Shown here: positions 57,762-64,000 of the stretch, one piece after another
Layout of the letters: the number at the start of each line of letters is the position of its first letter
Numbering within the stretch: the first letter of the stretch is position 1
IMG/VR virus record: IMGVR_UViG_3300037466_003063
Reading direction: 5' to 3' (one strand)
Origin: an uncultured virus (IMG/VR IMGVR_UViG_3300037466_003063)
Lineage: Duplodnaviria; Heunggongvirae; Uroviricota; Caudoviricetes
DNA length: 64,000 nucleotides
Position numbers and translations under genes: made by a program
Notes under the pieces: model-generated
Seen by the model: only the letters and a program-made list of their open reading frames with translations
Database searches by the model: none
What the model was told of the DNA's origin: nothing

Positions 57762-58328
57762 ATGCTCACTACAATCGAGGCAATTCCCGCGCCATGGAAA
57801 AGCGCACTTTCGGCAATCCAGAAGATCGACCTCAACGCCGTCATAGCCGGAGGCTGTCTGCGCGATCTCGATAACGGTCGCGAGGTCAAAGACATCGACA
57901 TCTTCGTGGAGGGTCGAAGCGCGGACGCGCTTTTCGGTCTGCACAGGCAACTTGTCGATGCAGGTCTCGATTGCGCGGAAATCGATCCAGAGAAAATGTA
58001 CCCGATCGGTGACGGCAACGATCTGATTGGCTGTATCGACATCACGTTCGATGAGTGTCCTCCGCTGCAAGTCATCATGGTTTATTGGCCGCTCGATCGT
58101 CTTCTGGAACGTTTCGACTTTGGCATCTGCAAGGTCTCCTTCGACGGCCAGTGTCTTACATTCCATCAGGACTATTCCGCCGACAAGCGCGAGCAGGTCT
58201 TCAGGCTGCGCCGCGAGCGGACAGGCAGCGAACTGGTCGCTTCAGTGCATCGCTTTGCGCGCCTGAATCGCAAGTACGAAAATTGGCGGTTTGAACTCTA
58301 CACGCCGGATGATTCCGACTTCTTCTGA
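57762..58328 (+). CDS. CCA-adding/poly(A) polymerase-like nucleotidyltransferase
   Basis: IAGGCLRD.....VKDIDIF; RFDFGIC. Confidence 0.85.
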   Translation: MLTTIEAIPAPWKSALSAIQKIDLNAVIAGGCLRDLDNGREVKDIDIFVEGRSADALFGLHRQLVDAGLDCAEIDPEKMYPIGDGNDLIGCIDITFDECPPLQVIMVYWPLDRLLERFDFGICKVSFDGQCLTFHQDYSADKREQVFRLRRERTGSELVASVHRFARLNRKYENWRFELYTPDDSDFF

Positions 58329-60286
58329 TGAGCGACAAACCAACTCTCATCGTCGATACCGAGAACTACCACCAGTTCTACTTCGCTGGCTTCAAGCGCC
58401 TCAGCGACGGGAAGACGGTGGGCATCGAGATGTCGCGCCGCACCCCGCGCGAGGACGATGACGCTAAGCGATCGCGCGTCCGCGGCATTCTGCTGCAGAA
58501 CCGCATCGTCACTTTCAACGGTCTCGGCTACGACCTTCCGCTGCTCTGGTACTTCGTCACCGGCGCCACGAACGAAGAACTCAAGGCAGCGAACGACCGC
58601 ATCATCAACGGACGCGTCCGCCCGTGGCAGGTCGAGGAGATGCTTGGGGTTCGTGTCCCCAAAGACCTCGACCACATCGATCTCATTGAGCCGCAGCCGA
58701 ATCCATTCGTCAGCCTGAAGACCCTCAACGGTCGTCTGCATGGTGAGCGGATGCAGGATCTTCCCGTAGACCCTGACTCGCCGCTCACCGATGAGCAGAT
58801 GGACACGCTCATCGACTACTGTCTCAACTCAGACATTCCGGCGACTGAACGGCTGTGGCACGCCTTGGCTGAGCCGATCGCGATGCGCGAGGCAATCGGC
58901 CGCGACTACAGCACTGACTTCCGTTCCAAGTCCGACGCGCAGATGGGCGAGGCGATGATCAAGCGCCGCGTCGAACAGAAGCTCGGCGAGCGCGTGCAGA
59001 AGGTCAACACGCCGCCTGGAACGACGTTCAAGTTCCCCATTCCGCCGTACATCAGCTACCAGCATCCGGACCTGGTTGCGATGCTCGAACGGCTGCGCGA
59101 GACATCGTTCTACGTCGAGCACGACGGCAAGGTCGAGCTTCCCGGCTGGCTTGACGGCAAGCACATCGCCATCGGCGAGTCGACGTACGCGATGGGCATC
59201 GGCGGGCTGCACTCGACCGAGTCCAACCGCTCGATCTACGCCGATGAGGACAGCGTGCTCGTCGATGTCGACGTGGCATCCTACTACCCGGCAATCATCA
59301 TCAATTCGGGTCTGTACCCGAAATCCCTCGGCCCCGATTTCATCGACGTATTCCGCGGCATCCGCGACGAGCGCGTCGCAGCCAAAGCGGCGAAGAACAA
59401 GACGGTCGAGGCCGGCCTGAAGATCGCGCTGAACGGCTGCTTCGGGAAGCTCGGCAGCCCGTACTCGGTGCTGTACGCGCCGCACCTGATGATCGCCACG
59501 ACGCTGACCGGTCAGCTGGCGCTCCTGATGCTCATCGATCGCGCCGAGCAGGCAGGCATCTCCGTCGTGTCGGCGAACACCGATGGCGTCGTGTTCCGCT
59601 GCCCGCGCGAGGAATGTTCATTCCCGATCGAGAAGACGCGTTTCGAGGGCGAGGGCATTCTGCGCGACATCGTCGAACAGTGGGAGCGCGACACGGGATT
59701 CGTGCTCGAAGCGACCGAGTATCTGTCGCTGCACAATTCCTCGGTGAACAGCTACATCGCGATCAAGCCGGACGGGAAGACGAAGATCAAAGGGCCGCTG
59801 CGCACGCCGCGGCACGAGGACCCGCCCGACATGCGCGCCCAACTGATGAAGAATCCGCAGGCGGAGATCGTGTCGCTGGCGGTCCAGGCGCTCATCACGA
59901 AGGGAACGCCGCTCTACGACACTATCAGCGGCTCGCGCGACATCCGCGACTTCGTGACGGTCATCAAGGTCGACGGCGGTGCGACCTGGCGTGGAGGTTA
60001 CCTCGGCAAGACCGTGCGCTTCTATTGGGCAACGGACGGCTGCGAAATCCTGCGCGCGAAGGGCCACTGGAAGACCGGCACGCACGGCAAGGTGCCGAAG
60101 ACTGACGGCTGTCGACCGCTGATGGATCTCCCCGAGGAGTTCCCGACCGACATCGATTACGACCGCTACGTCGCCGAAGCCGAGGAAGTGCTGATGGACA
60201 TCGGCTACGTGCGGCGCCCGCCGGTGATCAAGCCGCTCAGGGTCTGGAAACACTCAGCCGTGCTCTGGTGGGCGCTCGCGGCCTGA
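58328..60286 (+). CDS. DNA polymerase, family B-like
   Basis: DTE/FNGLGYD exonuclease motifs; DVASYYP; KIALNGCFGK; SANTDG. Confidence 0.93.
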   Translation: MSDKPTLIVDTENYHQFYFAGFKRLSDGKTVGIEMSRRTPREDDDAKRSRVRGILLQNRIVTFNGLGYDLPLLWYFVTGATNEELKAANDRIINGRVRPWQVEEMLGVRVPKDLDHIDLIEPQPNPFVSLKTLNGRLHGERMQDLPVDPDSPLTDEQMDTLIDYCLNSDIPATERLWHALAEPIAMREAIGRDYSTDFRSKSDAQMGEAMIKRRVEQKLGERVQKVNTPPGTTFKFPIPPYISYQHPDLVAMLERLRETSFYVEHDGKVELPGWLDGKHIAIGESTYAMGIGGLHSTESNRSIYADEDSVLVDVDVASYYPAIIINSGLYPKSLGPDFIDVFRGIRDERVAAKAAKNKTVEAGLKIALNGCFGKLGSPYSVLYAPHLMIATTLTGQLALLMLIDRAEQAGISVVSANTDGVVFRCPREECSFPIEKTRFEGEGILRDIVEQWERDTGFVLEATEYLSLHNSSVNSYIAIKPDGKTKIKGPLRTPRHEDPPDMRAQLMKNPQAEIVSLAVQALITKGTPLYDTISGSRDIRDFVTVIKVDGGATWRGGYLGKTVRFYWATDGCEILRAKGHWKTGTHGKVPKTDGCRPLMDLPEEFPTDIDYDRYVAEAEEVLMDIGYVRRPPVIKPLRVWKHSAVLWWALAA

Positions 60287-60289
60287 GCC

Positions 60290-61762
60290 GTGTTCCAGCA
60301 GAACATCCTGCTGTCGATCGCGACGTGCGCACCGCTGCCGGTCTACGAGGGAGCGCCGTTCTCCGAAGCAGCAATCCACCAGTGGTCGCTGCGTGACTAT
60401 CAGGTCGCGCTGCTCACCGAAGTCGCGCGGCTCATGGCACTCGGCTACCGGCGCATCCTCATCCAGCTGCCGACCGGCGGCGGCAAGACGCGCATGGCCG
60501 GCGCGATGCTCGGCAGCATCGATGGAACCGGCCAGTTCATCGTTCACCGCAAGGAACTGATCGACCAGACCAGCAGCACGTTCGACGAACTCGGCATTCG
60601 ACACGGCTTCATCGCCGCAGGGCGACCGGATGACTTCGCGCCGGTGATGCTGGCCGGCGTGCAAACGCTTGTGAATCGCCTCGGGCTGCCTCCGGACCTC
60701 GCGATCATCGACGAGGCGCATCACGCGACCGCGTCATCCTGGGACCGTATCATGGAGCATTACTATGACTCCTATGCCCTAGGTCTGAGCGCGACGCCGG
60801 AACGCCTCGACGGTCGCGGCCTGCAGGATCACTTCGACGTGATAGTCTGCGGCCCCTCGACCGCCTGGTTGATCGAGCACGGCTACCTGTCGCCGTACAG
60901 CTACTATGCGCCGAGCCTGCCCGACCTTACCGGAGTCCACACCGTCGCCGGCGACTTCAACCGCGGCGAACTCGCGCACGCGATGGACAAGCCGAAGCTC
61001 ATCGGCGACGTGGTCGAGCATTACTTGCAGCTGGCCTCGGGCAAGCAGGGCATCGTCTTCGGCGCGAGCCGCGAACACAGCCGCAACCTCGCCGACGCAT
61101 TCGCCTTCAACGGCGTTCGAGCGGCGCACGTCGACGGTTCCATGGGCGACAAGCAGCGCAAAAGCATTGTCGACGCGTTCCGCGAAGGAGCGCTCGACGT
61201 GATGACCAACGTCGATTTGTTCGGCGAGGGATTTGACGTGCCTGGAATCGTCTATGTCGGGCTGGCTCGACCGACGAAATCCCTCGCGCTGTTCCTGCAG
61301 CAGGTCGGCCGCGGCCTTCGCGTGATACCGGGCAAAACCGAAGCGGTCATCTGCGATCATGCCGGCAATGCGTTCCGCCACGGCCTGCCCGACGACGAGC
61401 GCGAATGGAAGCTCGAAGGCCGACCGAAGCAGGCCCGCGGCGCTCCGGCAGATGCGTTTCCCATCCGCCAGTGCGAAACTTGCTTCCGCATTTCCCCGAG
61501 CAGCGTCCGCGAGTGTCCCGGCTGCGGTGAGGAATTCCCGATTCAGGTTCGCGAGCTACGGCAGGAAGCCGGAAAGCTCACCAAGCTCGAACGCGAGGAG
61601 CTTCGCAAGGCAGCCTCTCGCCGGCGGAAAGCCGAGGAGAAGGAATGCAAGACCTATGAGCAGTTCAAGTCGCTGGCGATCGCCCGCGGCTACGATCACC
61701 CGCACGCTTGGGCGAAGATGAAAATGTCGTTCAAGAACGGCGGTTATCGCAGGAGAGTTTGA
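60290..61762 (+). CDS. SF2 DEAH helicase with Zn finger
   Basis: LRDYQ, PTGGGKT, DEAHH, SATP, EGFDVP, QQVGRGLR, CxxC. Confidence 0.95.
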   Translation: MFQQNILLSIATCAPLPVYEGAPFSEAAIHQWSLRDYQVALLTEVARLMALGYRRILIQLPTGGGKTRMAGAMLGSIDGTGQFIVHRKELIDQTSSTFDELGIRHGFIAAGRPDDFAPVMLAGVQTLVNRLGLPPDLAIIDEAHHATASSWDRIMEHYYDSYALGLSATPERLDGRGLQDHFDVIVCGPSTAWLIEHGYLSPYSYYAPSLPDLTGVHTVAGDFNRGELAHAMDKPKLIGDVVEHYLQLASGKQGIVFGASREHSRNLADAFAFNGVRAAHVDGSMGDKQRKSIVDAFREGALDVMTNVDLFGEGFDVPGIVYVGLARPTKSLALFLQQVGRGLRVIPGKTEAVICDHAGNAFRHGLPDDEREWKLEGRPKQARGAPADAFPIRQCETCFRISPSSVRECPGCGEEFPIQVRELRQEAGKLTKLEREELRKAASRRRKAEEKECKTYEQFKSLAIARGYDHPHAWAKMKMSFKNGGYRRRV

Positions 61763-62133
61763 TGAGCCGTTCAGAACGATCAATCCTCGCCGAGACGCTG
61801 TGCAAAGTATCGGCGATGCCAGAGACGCTGATCTATAGGCAGAATACGGGGCAGGCTTGGACCGGCAGACCCGTCAACGCGATGGTCGGCAGCTATCTGC
61901 GTGTTGAACCTGGCATGAAGATCCTCGCTCAGGCGCGACCGATCGACTTCGGTCTCGCAGGTGCGGGAGACGCGTGCGGAGTCAGTCGCGGTCGCGCCGT
62001 GCAGATTGAAATGAAAACTTTGACGGGTAGGCAGCGTGAAGTGCAGCAGCATTTCGAACGCGCGTGGGTCAAGGCAGGCGGCATCTACATTCTAGCTAGG
62101 GACGCTGACACTGTTGTTAACCATTTGAAATAG
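61762..62133 (+). CDS. VRR-NUC domain nuclease
   Basis: G.GD..G...IEMKT..G.Q...Q..F......GG.Y. Confidence 0.8.
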   Translation: MSRSERSILAETLCKVSAMPETLIYRQNTGQAWTGRPVNAMVGSYLRVEPGMKILAQARPIDFGLAGAGDACGVSRGRAVQIEMKTLTGRQREVQQHFERAWVKAGGIYILARDADTVVNHLK

Positions 62134-62243
62134 GCTGTTTTCAACTTTAACTTGACAAAGCAACACCAAGGCTCATATATGCTCAGGCGCAAAATGGTTT
62201 AACTTTCGTTAACGGTATTGCGCCGCAACAAGGGGAGTTTTAA

Positions 62244-63005
62244 GTGCTAATGACAACGACCACTGAAGTCCGCCCGCCGAAGCGGTCCTCTGTGGCGCCT
62301 ACAGGGAAGCCAGGGAGTCAGCTAATCCAAGCGCCGCAGGCCCGCGTCATTCGGGATCCAGCCTTTGCTCATCGCCTCGAAAGTGCGTGCGATGCGCATC
62401 CTCATGCTCCGGATAAACATCGCGGCCGCCTCGGCTGGCTGAAGGAGATGATGAAGAAGCAGGGTGTCGAGGTAAGCCACGAAACGTGCCGTAAGTGGTT
62501 TGCCGGCGAAGCTCGCCCGCGACCTGACAAGATGAACATTCTTGCCCAGGTGCTCGAAGTCGATCCTGCATGGCTTGCCATGGGTATCGATCCCGAGCTT
62601 CAGCCACACGAGCGGAAGGTGCGCAACGCGATGGCTGATGGCACCGTGAACCTGATTGCTGGCTTCGTGCAGATGGATGGCGGCTATCCGGCGTTCCCTG
62701 ATGACGATGATCCTCGGGCGAATGCGGACAATGTCGACCTCTATGCGATCATCCGTGGCGTCAATTACGGCTTTCATGTCGTACTCGGCGAGAAGACTGA
62801 TGCGGGTCTTCGGTTCCTGATTCCAGCGGCTCACACGAACGTCGTCGTACTCGGCGTCATCCGTCTTACGTCGTTTCAGATTCAGGTCTACGAGCTTCAG
62901 GGCGATGTCATCAGGAAGTTCGGCAATAATCGTGGCGGCGCGATCGAGGTGGTGGCCGAGCCATCTGATCTGCGCAAGATCGATAACTTCCGCGAGCGGC
63001 TTTAA
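62244..63005 (+). CDS. XRE-family HTH repressor-like protein
   Basis: VSHETCRKWFAGEARPRPDKM..LA..L.V...WL..G. Confidence 0.8.
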   Translation: MLMTTTTEVRPPKRSSVAPTGKPGSQLIQAPQARVIRDPAFAHRLESACDAHPHAPDKHRGRLGWLKEMMKKQGVEVSHETCRKWFAGEARPRPDKMNILAQVLEVDPAWLAMGIDPELQPHERKVRNAMADGTVNLIAGFVQMDGGYPAFPDDDDPRANADNVDLYAIIRGVNYGFHVVLGEKTDAGLRFLIPAAHTNVVVLGVIRLTSFQIQVYELQGDVIRKFGNNRGGAIEVVAEPSDLRKIDNFRERL

Positions 63006-63031
63006 GAACAAGGGGAGTTACGCGACGCGGA

Positions 63032-63063
63032 AAAGGGCGGTGGCTTCGGTTGCCGCCCTTTTT
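63032..63063. terminator. Bidirectional terminator
   Basis: AAAGGGCGG...CCGCCCTTTTT. Confidence 0.75.
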
Positions 63064-63329
63064 GTTGTGCGCTGCAGCGTCAATTCAACTTTAAGTTGAC
63101 TGAAGCGGTTGAAAGTTGTAGGTCCGATTCGTTGAGTCGATAAAGGGGAAAATGTAGGCGTGACAATGGTCTTTGCATTCACTGTGCCGAAGCCAGAAGC
63201 TGAAGCGGTCATCGTCTACCAGGATGTGTCATGGCCGATTCAGACTGAGGCCAAGGCTTACAAGCTAGCAAAGCGAGTTGGCGTCCCAGGTTTTTGGAGA
63301 CTGAAACACAGGGAGGCGCGTGATTAAGC

Positions 63330-63832
63330 ATGGTTGACGGCTGGTACGGAATCGTTCGCGACGGCGACAGCTGGCGCCCCGTCACGCCTTGCGAGAATCG
63401 CCATGCTATCGCGCTCGCCGATGCGATCGACAGCGAGGAAGCGACGCATGTCGGCTACTGGACCGGCGAGGTGTGGGAAAACATTGAGGCTCTGGAAGGG
63501 GAAGACGCGTGAAGAAGTACGACCGAGAGTCTTTCCTCGATCTCATGGCCGACAGCCCTACGCCGCTGCCTGTCATGCTCGAAGACCGACGCATGGGCAT
63601 GTGCAATCACGTAACTGACACTCACGTGCTCGTCGATGTTTACAGCGGCAATGACCATGACGCTCAGTTGCACATCCCGTTCAGCAACTTCTTGGACGTG
63701 CCGTTGCTCGGCTTGGTTGCCGGTCTGGAGGGAGTAGACCGTAGCGAAGATGCGAAGGCTCCGAAAGCAACCGGTTTTCCGTCAGAGTTTCAGGAAGCAG
63801 TTGCTGCTGTTCGTCGAGGTGAGGCAGACTAG
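63330..63832 (+). CDS. Two small hypothetical genes (63330-63512, 63509-63832)
   Basis: Coupled ORFs with SD. Confidence 0.6.
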
Positions 63833-63880
63833 TTTCAACAAACAGTTGACTTTTCAATCCGGAGTCACGAAACATGGGGA

Positions 63881-64000
63881 GTGACCAAGCCAGCCCGCTT
63901 TCGCCAGTCCGATGTGACGCGCTTCTTCAAGGGAGCCGAGAAGGCCGGCGTGCAGTTGGCCCGTGTTGAGGTGGATCCTGTTACGGGACGATTGATTGGC
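63881..64000 (+). CDS. Excisionase-like small protein, 3'-truncated
   Basis: MTKPARFRQSDVTR..KG...AG....RVEVD, the type usually found just upstream of alphaproteobacterial phage integrases. Confidence 0.55.
   Translation, partial: MTKPARFRQSDVTRFFKGAEKAGVQLARVEVDPVTGRLIG

Overview
The window is most of the genome of a ~64% GC siphovirus with lambda-like head genes and Chi-like (Casjensviridae-type) gene order. It is probably temperate (XRE repressor, excisionase-like gene at the right edge) and probably infects an alphaproteobacterium (GapR/DUF2312 homologue). Order: head genes (0.9-6.7 kb); tail genes with a -1 frameshifted chaperone and a lysozyme-carrying tape measure (6.7-22.1 kb), interrupted by an antisense moron (sulfotransferase-like and FtsK-gamma genes); lysis cassette; a leftward nucleotide-metabolism/methylase operon (27-35 kb); a compositionally distinct ~9 kb leftward block of small early genes; a candidate cos/ori region (46.1-46.8 kb); small rightward genes; and replication genes (primase-helicase, Cas4-like nuclease, SSB, nucleotidyltransferase, family B polymerase, helicase, VRR-NUC). 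Terminase and integrase are not in the window. The most unusual items are (1) a ~660-nt transcription unit at 50.45-51.12 kb with promoter, terminator, no credible ORF, nested helices and possible pseudoknots, which looks like a large ornate ncRNA; (2) the 37.2-46.3 kb block, about 3-fold enriched in GANTC (CcrM) sites and rich in CTAG, bounded by a tandem repeat and the candidate cos, with a stereotyped gene-junction motif; (3) a genome-wide TCAAC-N5-GTTGA operator; (4) a recurrent acidic 'DEFEELL' peptide motif on unrelated proteins. All calls come from reading motifs by eye. Counts are manual and approximate, and no database search was run.
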